DNA of 64,000 nucleotides from Escherichia coli (GTDB lineage: Bacteria; Pseudomonadota; Gammaproteobacteria; Enterobacterales; Enterobacteriaceae), in the NCBI RefSeq assembly GCF_003991155.1, contig NZ_CP031293.1. The stretch is one strand, 5' to 3'. The position numbers were made by a program, and so were the translations under genes. The notes under the pieces are model-generated. The model was not told the origin of the DNA, did not search any database, and saw only the letters and a list, made by a program, of their open reading frames with translations. Below are positions 40,337 to 52,197 of the stretch, in pieces (the first letter of the stretch is position 1; each line of letters begins with the position of its first letter).

Positions 40337-42817
40337 TTACTGGCAAATATAATTTTTACTTTCATCAATCTCTTTACCGAAGGTGATTGTGCATGAAAGC
40401 CCTTGTTGCTTATCAATTGCCACATTAACCGATGGCGGTACTTCATTGGTGCGAATAAATAACTGGCTTCCCTGGCCGACAACACCAATATTATGACCAT
40501 GGATATCATTGACTTCATAACCAAACGTTAATGGTTGCCCATCCGCTCTTAATGCTTTTATAAACCATGGCTTGCGCTGATCGGTATCAAAATTAACCAG
40601 TACAACCGCGCCGCGATAAGGGGCGGCAATTTTCCGGTTGCCACGTAATTCTGCTTCGCTATCGCTTTGTGACACATCCAACATCAGGTAATTTTCCCGA
40701 TAAGGTGTCATTCCGTCGTATACCACCACTCCATTACGGTTTGTTGTGCGATATTTTTGCCCATTGACATAAGCATCTTTAATTCCTGGCGCATTCATCA
40801 CAGCAAACGTTTCAGAAAGACGGTTTGCCAGATTAACGCCACCCGACCAGGCGACAATGCCCCCTGAAACACTGGCTCCAGCCTGTCGATAAGCACTCGA
40901 CTGACTATAACTGCCATTCACTGTCGCAACCGGCGCGTTCCAGGTTAAATTCGCCCCAGCTGTCGTTTCATTTCCCTGATACTGATAACTCAGGTTGACC
41001 CCATAGTTAAACTGATCCCGGCTTCCAACGGTTCCTGATAATCCCGTATTATTTGAGGCAACCCCCTGATCATCAAACGTCGTTGAGTTAGACATATATA
41101 TTTGCCGACGAGGCGTCGTAACGTCATCACCCCAATCAAAGGGAATCGATATAAAAATATTAAAACGTTTCTCTTCATGATGATTCTCGTCATAAGCCTG
41201 GCTTGCCGCGAGGGTATAGCTTATCCGTCGCAGGTTGTTGGAATAACTCAACTGATAATCCTTACTACTGCCGCTACGCCCCCAGTAATCTCGCCATAAC
41301 GTACTTAATGACACAGAACCCCAGCCTTCTGGCAATGACTGGCTCATATTAGCAGAAAAGCTATTTTTACGGCCAAAATCGTTCTGGTAATAATCGGCAA
41401 TGTCATAGATATCGTTTTCATCACGGCGATAATTATCTTTATTGTTTGCCCAAACGTGATCGTTAAATGTCCGGTAATCACGCGACGAATAACGCCAGGC
41501 TGCCAGACCAAAACGCGTCGACGTTTGGCTCACAAATTTGTTGTAGGCAATTTGATAACTTTGCCCGTCAAACACATCGCCGTTGTCTTGTTTACTATGC
41601 GACTTCGTGGCATCGACGGAAATGGCACCAATGCGTGTATTCCAGCCAGTCCCCAAAGTGAACGCGTAATAATTATTCGCGACCATCGATCCGCCATACA
41701 GCGTCAATAAGTTATTAAAACCATACTGATAACCCGCCTGAACAAAATCACTTTGTTTGCTCGCCCCTTCAATATGGCTACGACCTGCCGCAAAATCATA
41801 TTTCGACACGCCGGGTTGCAGCATATTCGGCACTGCTGCATAAGGCACCAGATAGGTGGTTACCGAACCGTCCGCCTCTTTCACGCTGACATCAAGATCT
41901 GCTCCACCACCGGCCAACTGCAAATCTGTAATCGCAAACGGGCCAGGAGGAACCTCTTTCTGATAAACCACAAAACCGTTCTGTTCAATAGTTACCAGCG
42001 CGTTACTCTGAGCAATCCCCTGCACCCGTGGCGTAAAATTCTGTTTCGAGTTAGGCAACATCTGCATATCACGAAACAACCGCACACCGCTGAAGCGAAC
42101 AGAATCAAAAATATCGCTTGATGTGTACATATCACCCACGCGAAGCGTGCCGAGAAGTTGGGCAAATCCACGTTCCAGATACAGGGTATTGCTTTTCCAC
42201 ACCCCTGGATTGCTATTTGTTTTACTGAAACTGGCATCAGAATGCAGTTGCCACCCCAGTAAGTTTAACCCGCTGTTAAAACGTACATATGTACTCTTGC
42301 TATTACCCGACGCTTTATAGTCGCTGTAATACTGACTCACATAATAAGAGGTATAAAACGCATTAATACCCCGCTCCCAGTTTTCCGGTGGAACATAGCC
42401 ACTTTCCAGTTCTTCCACCCACGCCTGCGGGACACTGAAATCGAGACGAAAAACTCCGATATCCCAGGTATAGCTCCCACCCTGAACAAGTTGCTCAAAT
42501 GTTAAACATTGCTTACCGCTGGCAAAGTTATCGGTATTAATGCCTAACCGCTTGATAATTTCCCTTGATAAACATGTTTCTTGCGGGTTGTCTTTAACAA
42601 TAATCTCATATTTCCCGCGCCATTGCTTATTGACATAAATATCGATGTCATACTGCCCCGGCAAGGGTTGATTATCATCAAGACGAATATTTGCAACCTG
42701 CTGGTCTTTCATTCCACCTATCATAAAATGGGTATCAAAGGTTTCTTCAGCTGCATAAGCTTCAATGCCGAGCAATAACGCTACGATTGCTGATGCAAGT
42801 GGGGTCATTCTCAACAT
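40337..42817 (-). CDS. yehB: YehB outer-membrane fimbrial usher (826 aa from MLRMTPL)
   Basis: PapC/FimD-family usher of the expected length and motifs. Confidence 0.92.
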   Translation of the reverse strand: MLRMTPLASAIVALLLGIEAYAAEETFDTHFMIGGMKDQQVANIRLDDNQPLPGQYDIDIYVNKQWRGKYEIIVKDNPQETCLSREIIKRLGINTDNFASGKQCLTFEQLVQGGSYTWDIGVFRLDFSVPQAWVEELESGYVPPENWERGINAFYTSYYVSQYYSDYKASGNSKSTYVRFNSGLNLLGWQLHSDASFSKTNSNPGVWKSNTLYLERGFAQLLGTLRVGDMYTSSDIFDSVRFSGVRLFRDMQMLPNSKQNFTPRVQGIAQSNALVTIEQNGFVVYQKEVPPGPFAITDLQLAGGGADLDVSVKEADGSVTTYLVPYAAVPNMLQPGVSKYDFAAGRSHIEGASKQSDFVQAGYQYGFNNLLTLYGGSMVANNYYAFTLGTGWNTRIGAISVDATKSHSKQDNGDVFDGQSYQIAYNKFVSQTSTRFGLAAWRYSSRDYRTFNDHVWANNKDNYRRDENDIYDIADYYQNDFGRKNSFSANMSQSLPEGWGSVSLSTLWRDYWGRSGSSKDYQLSYSNNLRRISYTLAASQAYDENHHEEKRFNIFISIPFDWGDDVTTPRRQIYMSNSTTFDDQGVASNNTGLSGTVGSRDQFNYGVNLSYQYQGNETTAGANLTWNAPVATVNGSYSQSSAYRQAGASVSGGIVAWSGGVNLANRLSETFAVMNAPGIKDAYVNGQKYRTTNRNGVVVYDGMTPYRENYLMLDVSQSDSEAELRGNRKIAAPYRGAVVLVNFDTDQRKPWFIKALRADGQPLTFGYEVNDIHGHNIGVVGQGSQLFIRTNEVPPSVNVAIDKQQGLSCTITFGKEIDESKNYICQ

Positions 42818-42832
42818 AGGCAGCTCCTGCAA

Positions 42833-43507
42833 TTAAATTTTGTCACTAATATAGTTGCCATGGTCATCGATAATGGTCAGATGCCAGTTATTCGCATTAT
42901 TACTTTTGACATTAATACTCTGACTTTCTAAGGGGGCAATCATAATAGTTTCATAATTGACTTTGACATTATTAGCTTTGACATCCGAAATCGTCACCCA
43001 ATTTGCTGAGTCATTTTTTATCACCAATCCATTGCCACTGCGATTTACCCGTAACTTTTTAAATGTCGCTTTATTTACCGGTGCAATACCCGCAGGCCGG
43101 TAAAACAATTTGATTCTGTTTTGCATTGCAAATTTCAGTGCATTCTTGCCCTCTTGCTCTGGACTATTTGGTGGAATATCCAGAACATTCAGATAAAAAA
43201 TGCTCTCTTTATTAGTGGGCAGTTTATTCGGCATAATTTTGATTTTTACTTGCTGCCCGGAATTTGCCCCTATTTTTGCCACTGGTGGCGTTAACATGAA
43301 AGGAACCTGAATTTTTTCTGGTGGTAACGACGTATCACCATCATCAATCCACGCCTGCAGCAGCGAAGAACGGTTTCCCTGATTCATCAACTGCACCATC
43401 ACTTCTTTATTTTCTGCCGGGTAAATAATACGCGTCCCGTAGATAACAATACCGGCATGTGCAGGAAGGACCATAGAAGAAATGAGTAAAGCAAATAATC
43501 CTTTCAT
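42833..43507 (-). CDS. yehC: YehC periplasmic fimbrial chaperone (224 aa)
   Basis: PapD-like chaperone (GIVIYGTRIIYP...). Abuts yehB. Confidence 0.92.
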   Translation of the reverse strand: MKGLFALLISSMVLPAHAGIVIYGTRIIYPAENKEVMVQLMNQGNRSSLLQAWIDDGDTSLPPEKIQVPFMLTPPVAKIGANSGQQVKIKIMPNKLPTNKESIFYLNVLDIPPNSPEQEGKNALKFAMQNRIKLFYRPAGIAPVNKATFKKLRVNRSGNGLVIKNDSANWVTISDVKANNVKVNYETIMIAPLESQSINVKSNNANNWHLTIIDDHGNYISDKI

Positions 43508-43587
43508 CTTAATGCCTCTTAAATTAAAAGGCCGCCATGGGGATAGCGGCCATGTTTATTACCTGGAGAAACTTGAAATTTTATTTA

Positions 43588-44130
43588 TTAATCCTGCGCC
43601 ACACGCATAACCAGAGAAGATAACACATCACCTGATTGCACTGAATTATCTGTCAGCTTCAGGTATTTTGCTTTAAACGGAATAGCATATTGACCTTCCG
43701 CTGTTTTATAACTCTCAATGTTAAAAGGTGCAGAAACATCCAGGACATCGCTGTTATCACCTAAATAGAGATAGTACCCCACGGTATCGTTGCTACTGGC
43801 TATCGCCTTATCGTTTCCGGTTATTTTATCGTTGGTAATCAACGAGAGTTTTACACCAGCAACTTCTTTCGGACAGCTAATTTTTAACATGCTGCTGGTT
43901 ACACCGACTGCATCATCATAGGTCGAGTATTTAGCTTTACCTTCAAAGACAGTGGTTGGTACAGTTGGCATATTAATACTTACTGAATCGCCACCCGCTT
44001 CGAATTTACACGGAGATTCTGCAATATTCCCTTTAATGGTTAATGTTCCGGTATCAACGTCTGCGGCAAATACCCCAGCGCTCATAAAAAAAGAAGAAAA
44101 GACAGCGGCAGCAATAATTGAACGTTTCAT
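43588..44130 (-). CDS. yehD: YehD major fimbrial subunit (180 aa)
   Basis: Type 1 pilin-like protein with a signal peptide and a conserved Cys pair. Confidence 0.9.
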   Translation of the reverse strand: MKRSIIAAAVFSSFFMSAGVFAADVDTGTLTIKGNIAESPCKFEAGGDSVSINMPTVPTTVFEGKAKYSTYDDAVGVTSSMLKISCPKEVAGVKLSLITNDKITGNDKAIASSNDTVGYYLYLGDNSDVLDVSAPFNIESYKTAEGQYAIPFKAKYLKLTDNSVQSGDVLSSLVMRVAQD

Positions 44131-44425
44131 AATATGTTCCTTAATAAAATTTATTTTTTGGTTGTTAAGAGTCTGTATCTCTTAGAAACAAATTTCTCAC
44201 ATCAAAAAAGTTGCCGCAATGTAAACATATTGTTTTATTGATTTAAAGCAAATTAACTATTGCAATATAAATACAACAAATACTTAAGCATATTAAATAT
44301 TTATCACATCTATTAATTAATGCAGATTTTTGTAAATGGTATTATTTATATCAATAAAAAAGCTAAAATCATTCACACGAATGATTTCAGCTTTCTAAAT
44401 CCGATTAAAAAACCAGGGTGGCAAA

Positions 44426-44707
44426 TTAATCGTAGCGATTTAACACGATTCGACGTTTGCTATCGCTACCTGCAACAACCACTTCTGTCGTTACACCTTT
44501 GACTGGCGAAGAAACCTGATGACGGGTATCAACATCATACGTTAACTGACCACAATGCTGTTGAGGTTGTCCATTAACCATAGCCATACTGCATGTTGGG
44601 GGACTGATCCTGCCATTAATCGTTAATGTGGCAGTCTGTGAAGAGAACGCGGGAGAAGCCATTCCATAGGCAAGAAAAATAATTCCTGACAGCCAGTACT
44701 TATTCAT
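44426..44707 (-). CDS. yehE: YehE small secreted protein (93 aa)
   Basis: Signal peptide MNKYWLSGIIFLAYGMASPAFS. Terminator hairpin (AAATCATTC..GAATGATTT plus U-run, minus strand) around 44355-44395. Confidence 0.8.
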   Translation of the reverse strand: MNKYWLSGIIFLAYGMASPAFSSQTATLTINGRISPPTCSMAMVNGQPQQHCGQLTYDVDTRHQVSSPVKGVTTEVVVAGSDSKRRIVLNRYD

Positions 44708-44969
44708 TGAACGTTATCCCTGTAGTAAAGGTTATGCCTGGATAGAATGAGTGCATAACAAACTATAGCTGTACATCCACTACACAGCCACGAAGGATGA
44801 TAATGAAGCATTGCCTGTACGATCAATCGACTTTATAGAGTTTCGGACGAAGGTCCGCAGAATATTTGCAGCATTAAATAAGTGTTCATTAATGCGGCAA
44901 AAACAAATACACCGCATCAATGTAACATCTCTGCGGTGTATGAAAAGCAACCAAAAAGGTTTATACGCG

Positions 44970-46079
44970 TTAGACCGCGCGGAAGGAAATCTCGCCAGGA
45001 ATGACTTCTCCCTGCCAATAAAGCTGGGCTGCAACGCGGTCAGCCAGCTGGCGGTAGATAGCGGTAAATTCGCTCTCCGGACGGCTGATAACCGTTGGCG
45101 TGCCTTTATCGAGATCTTCACGTAAGGAGATGTGTAACGGCATCTGCCCCAGCAACTGCGTGTGGTATTTCTCGGCCAGTTTCTCTGCACCACCGGTACC
45201 GAAAATCGGTTCATGGTGACCACAGTTACTGCAAATATGCACACTCATGTTCTCGACAATACCGAGCACCGGAACCTCGACTTTCTCGAACATCACAATG
45301 CCTTTTTTCGCATCGATCAACGCAATGTCCTGCGGGGTGGTGACCACTACCGCGCCAGTTACTGGAATGTTCTGTGCCAGTGTCAATTGAATGTCACCGG
45401 TGCCTGGCGGCATATCAAGCACCAGATAGTCGAGATCCGGCCACAAGGTTTCCTGCAACATTTGCATTAACGCCTTGCTCGCCATCGGACCACGCCACAC
45501 CATCGCATTGTCGTCAGTGACCAGATAACCAATTGAATTGGTTGCAAGGCCATGAGACATAATCGGTGCCATGTGGGTACCGTCCGGCGAAGTTGGACGC
45601 TGATTTTCTGCGCCCAGCATGGTGGGGATTGATGGGCCGTAGATATCGGCGTCCAGAATGCCGACTTTCGCCCCTTCCGCCGCCAGTGCCAGCGCCAGGT
45701 TTACCGCCGTGGAGGATTTACCCACGCCGCCTTTACCGGAGCTGACCGCAATGATGTTCTTCACGCCGTTAATTCCCGGCTGATTCTTCACGCGTTTTAA
45801 GGTGGCGATATTGTGCGACAGTTTCCAGTCGATAGCTTTCGCCCCGGTGATACGCAGCAGTTCGGCGCTACATTGCTCTTTTAACTCTTCGAACGCGCTA
45901 TGCCAGACGAATGGCATAACCAGTTCCACATGCAACGTGTCGTCCATCCAGGCGACATGGTGCAACGCTTTCAGCGTGGTGAGGTTATGCTTCAGGGTTG
46001 GGTGCTGAAAATTGGCCAGTGTCCCGGCGACCATTGCGCGCAAGGCTTCTGGTGATTTGGCCTGGGATTGTTCGTTCAT
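44970..46079 (-). CDS. mrp: Mrp/ApbC Fe-S cluster carrier ATPase (369 aa from MNEQSQAK)
   Basis: Deviant Walker A (SGKGGVGKSS) and CxxC (CSNCGHHE). Divergent from metG. Confidence 0.95.
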   Translation of the reverse strand: MNEQSQAKSPEALRAMVAGTLANFQHPTLKHNLTTLKALHHVAWMDDTLHVELVMPFVWHSAFEELKEQCSAELLRITGAKAIDWKLSHNIATLKRVKNQPGINGVKNIIAVSSGKGGVGKSSTAVNLALALAAEGAKVGILDADIYGPSIPTMLGAENQRPTSPDGTHMAPIMSHGLATNSIGYLVTDDNAMVWRGPMASKALMQMLQETLWPDLDYLVLDMPPGTGDIQLTLAQNIPVTGAVVVTTPQDIALIDAKKGIVMFEKVEVPVLGIVENMSVHICSNCGHHEPIFGTGGAEKLAEKYHTQLLGQMPLHISLREDLDKGTPTVISRPESEFTAIYRQLADRVAAQLYWQGEVIPGEISFRAV

Positions 46080-46210
46080 CCCGACTCCTTTTTTGTATAG
46101 ATAAACCATCAGCTGATAGTTTACCTGAAGAATATAGAGAAGTACTTACTTAACATTTTCCCATTTGGTACTATCTAACCCCTTTTCACTATTAAGAAGT
46201 AATGCCTACT

Positions 46211-48244
46211 ATGACTCAAGTCGCGAAGAAAATTCTGGTGACGTGCGCACTGCCGTACGCTAACGGCTCAATCCACCTCGGCCATATGCTGGAGCACATC
46301 CAGGCTGATGTCTGGGTCCGTTACCAGCGAATGCGCGGCCACGAGGTCAACTTCATCTGCGCCGACGATGCCCACGGCACACCGATCATGCTGAAAGCTC
46401 AGCAGCTCGGTATCACCCCGGAGCAGATGATTGGCGAAATGAGTCAGGAGCATCAGACTGATTTCGCAGGCTTTAACATCAGCTATGACAACTATCACTC
46501 GACGCACAGCGAAGAGAACCGCCAGTTGTCAGAACTTATCTACTCTCGCCTGAAAGAAAACGGTTTTATTAAAAACCGCACTATTTCTCAGCTGTACGAT
46601 CCGGAAAAAGGCATGTTCCTGCCGGACCGTTTTGTGAAAGGCACCTGCCCGAAATGTAAATCCCCGGATCAATACGGCGATAACTGCGAAGTCTGCGGCG
46701 CGACCTACAGCCCGACTGAATTGATCGAGCCGAAATCGGTGGTTTCTGGCGCTACGCCGGTAATGCGTGATTCTGAACACTTCTTCTTTGATCTGCCCTC
46801 TTTCAGCGAAATGTTGCAGGCATGGACCCGCAGCGGTGCGTTGCAGGAGCAGGTGGCAAATAAAATGCAGGAGTGGTTTGAATCCGGCCTGCAACAGTGG
46901 GATATCTCCCGCGACGCCCCTTATTTCGGTTTTGAAATTCCGAACGCGCCGGGCAAATATTTCTATGTCTGGCTGGACGCACCGATTGGCTATATGGGCT
47001 CTTTCAAGAATCTGTGTGATAAGCGCGGCGACAGCGTAAGCTTCGATGAATACTGGAAGAAAGATTCCACTGCCGAGCTGTATCACTTCATCGGTAAAGA
47101 TATCGTTTACTTCCACAGCCTGTTCTGGCCAGCAATGCTGGAAGGCAGCAACTTCCGCAAGCCGACCAACCTGTTTGTTCATGGCTATGTGACGGTGAAC
47201 GGCGCGAAGATGTCTAAGTCTCGCGGTACCTTTATTAAGGCCAGCACCTGGCTGAATCATTTTGACGCCGACAGCCTGCGTTACTACTACACTGCGAAAC
47301 TCTCTTCGCGCATTGATGATATCGATCTCAACCTGGAAGATTTCGTTCAGCGCGTGAATGCCGATATCGTTAACAAAGTGGTTAACCTGGCCTCCCGTAA
47401 TGCAGGCTTTATCAACAAACGTTTTGACGGCGTGCTGGCAAGCGAACTGGCTGACCCGCAGTTGTACAAAACCTTCACTGATGCCGCTGAAGTGATTGGT
47501 GAAGCGTGGGAAAGCCGCGAATTTGGTAAAGCAGTGCGCGAAATCATGGCGCTGGCTGATCTGGCTAACCGCTATGTCGATGAACAGGCTCCGTGGGTGG
47601 TGGCAAAACAGGAAGGCCGCGATGCCGACCTGCAGGCAATTTGCTCAATGGGCATAAACCTGTTCCGCGTGCTGATGACTTACCTGAAGCCGGTACTGCC
47701 GAAACTGACCGAGCGCGCAGAAGCATTCCTCAATACAGAACTGACCTGGGATGGTATCCAGCAACCGCTGCTGGGCCACAAAGTGAATCCGTTCAAAGCG
47801 CTGTATAACCGCATCGATATGAAGCAGGTTGAAGCACTGGTGGAAGCGTCTAAAGAAGAAGTGAAAGCAGCTGCCGCGCCAGTTACTGGCCCACTGGCAG
47901 ATGATCCGATTCAGGAAACCATCACCTTTGACGACTTCGCCAAAGTTGACCTGCGCGTGGCGCTGATCGAAAACGCAGAGTTTGTTGAAGGTTCTGACAA
48001 ACTGCTGCGCCTGACGCTGGATCTCGGCGGTGAAAAACGCAATGTCTTCTCCGGCATTCGTTCTGCTTACCCGGATCCGCAGGCACTGATTGGTCGTCAC
48101 ACCATTATGGTGGCTAACCTGGCACCACGTAAAATGCGCTTCGGTATCTCCGAAGGCATGGTGATGGCTGCCGGTCCTGGCGGGAAAGATATTTTCCTGC
48201 TAAGTCCGGATGCTGGTGCTAAACCGGGTCATCAGGTGAAATAA
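46211..48244 (+). CDS. metG: Methionyl-tRNA synthetase (677 aa from [10 protein letters not shown])
   Basis: HIGH (HLGH) and KMSKS motifs, Zn knuckle CPKC...CEVC, and a C-terminal EMAPII-like domain. Confidence 0.98.
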   Translation: MTQVAKKILVTCALPYANGSIHLGHMLEHIQADVWVRYQRMRGHEVNFICADDAHGTPIMLKAQQLGITPEQMIGEMSQEHQTDFAGFNISYDNYHSTHSEENRQLSELIYSRLKENGFIKNRTISQLYDPEKGMFLPDRFVKGTCPKCKSPDQYGDNCEVCGATYSPTELIEPKSVVSGATPVMRDSEHFFFDLPSFSEMLQAWTRSGALQEQVANKMQEWFESGLQQWDISRDAPYFGFEIPNAPGKYFYVWLDAPIGYMGSFKNLCDKRGDSVSFDEYWKKDSTAELYHFIGKDIVYFHSLFWPAMLEGSNFRKPTNLFVHGYVTVNGAKMSKSRGTFIKASTWLNHFDADSLRYYYTAKLSSRIDDIDLNLEDFVQRVNADIVNKVVNLASRNAGFINKRFDGVLASELADPQLYKTFTDAAEVIGEAWESREFGKAVREIMALADLANRYVDEQAPWVVAKQEGRDADLQAICSMGINLFRVLMTYLKPVLPKLTERAEAFLNTELTWDGIQQPLLGHKVNPFKALYNRIDMKQVEALVEASKEEVKAAAAPVTGPLADDPIQETITFDDFAKVDLRVALIENAEFVEGSDKLLRLTLDLGGEKRNVFSGIRSAYPDPQALIGRHTIMVANLAPRKMRFGISEGMVMAAGPGGKDIFLLSPDAGAKPGHQVK

Positions 48245-48254
48245 TCTCCTTTCA

Positions 48255-48283
48255 AGGCGCTGTATCGACAGCGCCTTTTCTTT
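48255..48283 (+). terminator. metG rho-independent terminator
   Basis: AGGCGCTGT-ATCG-ACAGCGCCT followed by TTTTCTTT. Confidence 0.8.
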
Positions 48284-48384
48284 ATAAATTCCTAAAGTTG
48301 TTTTCTTGCGATTTTGTCTCTCTCTAACCCGCATAAATACTGGTAGCATCTGCATTCAACTGGATAAAATTACAGGGATGCAGA

Positions 48385-51300
48385 ATGAGACACTTTATCT
48401 ATCAGGACAAAAAATCACATAAATTCTGGGCGGTGGAGCAGCAAGGCAACGAGTTACATATCAGTTGGGGCAAAGTCGGCACTAACGGGCAAAACCAGGT
48501 AAAAAGCTTTGCTGATGCTGCGGCAGCGGCAAAAGCGGAGCTTAAGCTGATCGCGGAGAAAACGAAAAAAGGCTATGTGGAAAATGCTTCAGCAAACGTG
48601 CATATCCCCCCCATCACCAAAGCCACTCCTGAAGTTAAAACTCCCCCTGTGAGTCAAAATAAACACCCATGGCTGGCTGATGATGCAGTCATTCCTGTCA
48701 CTGACGATATTAATCGATTTGCTTTTCCACATCGCTCTCGCCCCAGAGAGATCAATTATCTGCACAAAGATGGTCAAATATGGCAGCGCATTGCGAATAA
48801 CACCAGGGCATATGACCCCGACAATAATTACCGCTCTTATCCTGAAAACTGGCAGCAAGCGTTTGCCGAGTTACAAAGTCGAATTCTGGACAATCAACAA
48901 ACAGGGAGTGCGCAATCTGATGCGGCATTGCTCTGGAGTTTTTGGAACTCTTACTCTGCAGATGAACTGGTCGATGACTTAGTCATTCGCTGTGGTCTGG
49001 AAAGTGCCGTTGAAATCGCCCTTTTTGCTCTTCAACTCAAATATAAACCAGTAAAAGGCGCAGTCACCACCATCATTCCACCTGGTCACAAAGCAGAATC
49101 GCTACCGAGTTGGCATCAACGTCTATGTCATCATCTTTCACTCGCTTCAGAAGATGAGTGGCAACGCTGTGTGAATAAAGTGCTTACTGCTATTCCGACG
49201 CTATCCCCAGCACGGCAACCTTTTGCGGCGTTACTGCTCCCTGAACGCCCGGATATTGCCAATGCTATGGCTCTACGTTACGCAGACCAAAACGTTCCGG
49301 CGATGACCTGGTTAAGACTGGTAGTAACCGATGATGCCGCTCTGACTGCAGCAGAAAAATACGACTTCCCACCGTTATATCGTGATTTTCGCGCTTATCT
49401 GGCAATGTTGCTGGCAAATAATGGGGTGAGCGGTGTAAGCCGGATACTTACTGAGTTTGTGGAAGAGCATTCTGACAATCCCACTTATCTCTTCGAGCGC
49501 ATCAGCGAGACTGAAGATCTTGTCAAATGGTTATGGAAAACGAATCACCCGGATGCGATTCAAATTCTGATCCTCGGTGTAATTGGCAAGAAAAAGCACC
49601 TGGAATACTTAAGCAAAGCCTGTCAAAAACATCCCGCTGCGGCTATTGCCGCTTATGCAACTTTGCTGGCAATACATGAAGATGCACAGTGGCGCAACGC
49701 GCTTGTCAAACTGGTTACCGTCACGCCAGAGTTGGTATGTGACGTCATTCCCTGGGTTAATGCTAAAGCGGCAGGCATCTTATCTGAATGTCGTCCGCAG
49801 CCAGTAGCTGAAGAATGTGAATATGCCACTGTGGATATGTTGCCGGAGCTGTTTGTTTCGCCGCCCTGGATGACCAAAGAGAAAAAGAAAAATACGCCTG
49901 TGTTTGATCTTCCAGTGCTTCCAGTTCCTTCTGTTTCTGATGTCACTCCCGAGATTGCCAAAAGACTAACCCGTACTTACCTTGTCACCCGCTTCCAGCA
50001 AATAGCCCAACAGCAGGCGACAAAACAAACATTGTTTACCGACCTGCCGCCGATAAAAAAAGCAAGCTGGGAGAAACACTTAATACCGCTTACACCGGAG
50101 CAACAAATACTGTGGCATCTTGGTTTTGAAAAATGGCGGGAAAGCGGAGAAAAAATCTACGAAAAAATTCCGGCGCCACAAAGCGCCGTTGATGCCCTGC
50201 TACGCTTCGATTTTCCAGCACTCAATGCTGAATTTGTGCAATACCATAACAATGCATACAAAAGCTGGAATCTCATTGCCCTCTGTTACCTGCCTGGTCA
50301 ACAGGCCATTTCTTTTCTTAACCAGATAGTCAAAGAAGATAACTACTCTGATGAGGGAAATATTCTGGCAATTTTTGGTAGCGCCGCCATACCTGCATTT
50401 ATGACCTGCCTGCAACGTGATCCACGACGTCTGTGCTTCTTCCCCTTTTTCCTCGGTGTCAGTGACCTGGCCTTACCGATGGCGCAACAATTACAGAAAA
50501 AAATGTCTTATGACGATGCGCGAAACTGGCTGACTGATTACCCGCGCCATGCCGCCGCCGGACTGCTTCCTGTAGCACTGGGTAAACACTGCCAAAATCG
50601 GGAATATGCCCGCCAGGCGCTCCGCCTGCTGGTGAATTTAAACCAACGAGAAACGATTGAGGAAATCGCCCGGGGGTATAACCAACCAGATGTTTTAGCT
50701 GCGCTGGCAACATTGTTCGATAGCGACCCACTGGAAGAATATCCTGCAAAAATCGCCCCATTGCCCGGCTTTTATCAGTTCACCTTATGGCGCAGACCAC
50801 GGCTTAAAAGTAACAATCTGCCTCTGTCCGATGACGCTATGCGCCACCTGGGCACTATGTTGAGCTTCCCTCGCGACATTACCGCCTACGCTGGACTGGA
50901 TATCATTAGAGAAATCTTCACCCGGGAATCACTGGCTGACTTTGGCTGGGATCTCTACACGGCATGGATGGAATCTGGCGCGCCCGCAAAAGAAAACTGG
51001 GCATTTACCTCGCTGGGGATTTTAGGCAATAACGACACCGCGCGTAAACTAACCCCGCTTATCCGGGCCTGGCCGGGTGAATCCCAGCATAAACGCGCGG
51101 TTTCTGGGCTCGATGTGTTAGCCAGTATCGGTAGCGATATTGCGCTGATGCTGCTTAATGGCATTGCACAAAAAATTAAATTCAAAGCATTGCAGGAACA
51201 TGCCCGCGACAAAATCAATATGGTCGCCGAAAATCGCGGATTGACAATGGCCGAACTGGAAGACCGCCTGGCTCCAGATTTAGGGCTTGATATCAACGGC

Positions 51301-52185
51301 TCGCTGATACTTGATTTCGGCCCACGTCAATTCACCGTTGGTTTTGACGAAACCTTAAAACCTGTAGTGCGCGATGCAAACGGCAAGGTCCTGAAAGATT
51401 TACCCAAACCAAATCAGAGCGATGATAAAACACTGGCAACTGACGCCGTTAACCTCTTTAAACAATTGAAGAAAGATGTTCGTGCTATCGCCAGCCAGCA
51501 AATTACCCGTCTGGAACAGGCTATGTGCCAGCGCAGACGCTGGACGACAGAGCAGTTCCGCCTGTTCATGGTGGAGCACCCACTGGTACGTCACTTAACC
51601 CGACGACTGTTATGGGGGGTATATACTGAGGAAAACACGCTGATTGCCTGCTTCCGGGTCGCAGAAGACAGCACTTACAGCGATATGCAGGATGAGCTAT
51701 TCACGCTACCAGCAGGAAACATCGGTATTCCGCATATGCTGGAAATCCCCCCTGAATCTGCCGCTGCATTCAGGCAAATTTACGCTGATTACGAACTGCT
51801 CCCCCCCTTCCAACAGCTCGATCGTGGTAGTTATCGTCTTGCTGATAATGAACGGAATACCCACGAACTGACACGCTGGAGCGGACGCCTTTGCCAGGCA
51901 GGGCGCATTGTCGGGCTAGAGCGCCGAGGTTGGCAACGTCTGGAAGAAAGCGGCAGCGTCTATGCGATGCGCAAATCTACTCCTTATGGCGATCTCGAAC
52001 TTGAAACAGAACATTTTTCATTAATTTATGGCGAAACAGGTTATGGCGACCTGTTACCTGTTGAAAGCGTAAAAATCACCTCGCCAGATGATCGCTACGG
52101 TAAACAACCTTTACTTACTTTTTCCATGCTCGACGACATCACCGCCAGCGAGCTGATTAACGACATTGAATCATTGTTTGATTAA
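48385..52185 (+). CDS. WGR-domain plus DUF4132 large protein, paralog 1 (1266 aa; YehH/MolR family)
   Basis: N-terminal WGR (KFWAVEQQGNELHISWGKVGTNGQ..KGY). C-terminal block FGPRQFTV..HPLVRHLTRRLLWGVY..ADYELLPPFQQLDR is typical of DUF4132 as found in YehI/MolR. Confidence 0.85.
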   Translation: MRHFIYQDKKSHKFWAVEQQGNELHISWGKVGTNGQNQVKSFADAAAAAKAELKLIAEKTKKGYVENASANVHIPPITKATPEVKTPPVSQNKHPWLADDAVIPVTDDINRFAFPHRSRPREINYLHKDGQIWQRIANNTRAYDPDNNYRSYPENWQQAFAELQSRILDNQQTGSAQSDAALLWSFWNSYSADELVDDLVIRCGLESAVEIALFALQLKYKPVKGAVTTIIPPGHKAESLPSWHQRLCHHLSLASEDEWQRCVNKVLTAIPTLSPARQPFAALLLPERPDIANAMALRYADQNVPAMTWLRLVVTDDAALTAAEKYDFPPLYRDFRAYLAMLLANNGVSGVSRILTEFVEEHSDNPTYLFERISETEDLVKWLWKTNHPDAIQILILGVIGKKKHLEYLSKACQKHPAAAIAAYATLLAIHEDAQWRNALVKLVTVTPELVCDVIPWVNAKAAGILSECRPQPVAEECEYATVDMLPELFVSPPWMTKEKKKNTPVFDLPVLPVPSVSDVTPEIAKRLTRTYLVTRFQQIAQQQATKQTLFTDLPPIKKASWEKHLIPLTPEQQILWHLGFEKWRESGEKIYEKIPAPQSAVDALLRFDFPALNAEFVQYHNNAYKSWNLIALCYLPGQQAISFLNQIVKEDNYSDEGNILAIFGSAAIPAFMTCLQRDPRRLCFFPFFLGVSDLALPMAQQLQKKMSYDDARNWLTDYPRHAAAGLLPVALGKHCQNREYARQALRLLVNLNQRETIEEIARGYNQPDVLAALATLFDSDPLEEYPAKIAPLPGFYQFTLWRRPRLKSNNLPLSDDAMRHLGTMLSFPRDITAYAGLDIIREIFTRESLADFGWDLYTAWMESGAPAKENWAFTSLGILGNNDTARKLTPLIRAWPGESQHKRAVSGLDVLASIGSDIALMLLNGIAQKIKFKALQEHARDKINMVAENRGLTMAELEDRLAPDLGLDINGSLILDFGPRQFTVGFDETLKPVVRDANGKVLKDLPKPNQSDDKTLATDAVNLFKQLKKDVRAIASQQITRLEQAMCQRRRWTTEQFRLFMVEHPLVRHLTRRLLWGVYTEENTLIACFRVAEDSTYSDMQDELFTLPAGNIGIPHMLEIPPESAAAFRQIYADYELLPPFQQLDRGSYRLADNERNTHELTRWSGRLCQAGRIVGLERRGWQRLEESGSVYAMRKSTPYGDLELETEHFSLIYGETGYGDLLPVESVKITSPDDRYGKQPLLTFSMLDDITASELINDIESLFD

Positions 52186-52197
52186 AAGGATTTAGCA

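Noticed and set aside
44780-45244. 154-aa (minus) and 104-aa (plus) ORFs spanning the yehE-mrp intergenic region and the mrp 3' end
   Set aside because: They overlap the mrp coding sequence and its terminator (ACACCGCA..TGCGGTGT plus U-run, minus strand, about 44905-44950). There is no RBS and the composition is atypical.
46529-47260. 243-aa minus-strand ORF inside metG, plus similar 100-200-aa antisense ORFs inside mdtB/mdtC/mdtD, baeS, yegU and the DUF4132 genes
   Set aside because: These are shadow ORFs opposite highly conserved genes, with Arg/Ala/Gly-rich composition. There is no independent start signal or domain evidence.
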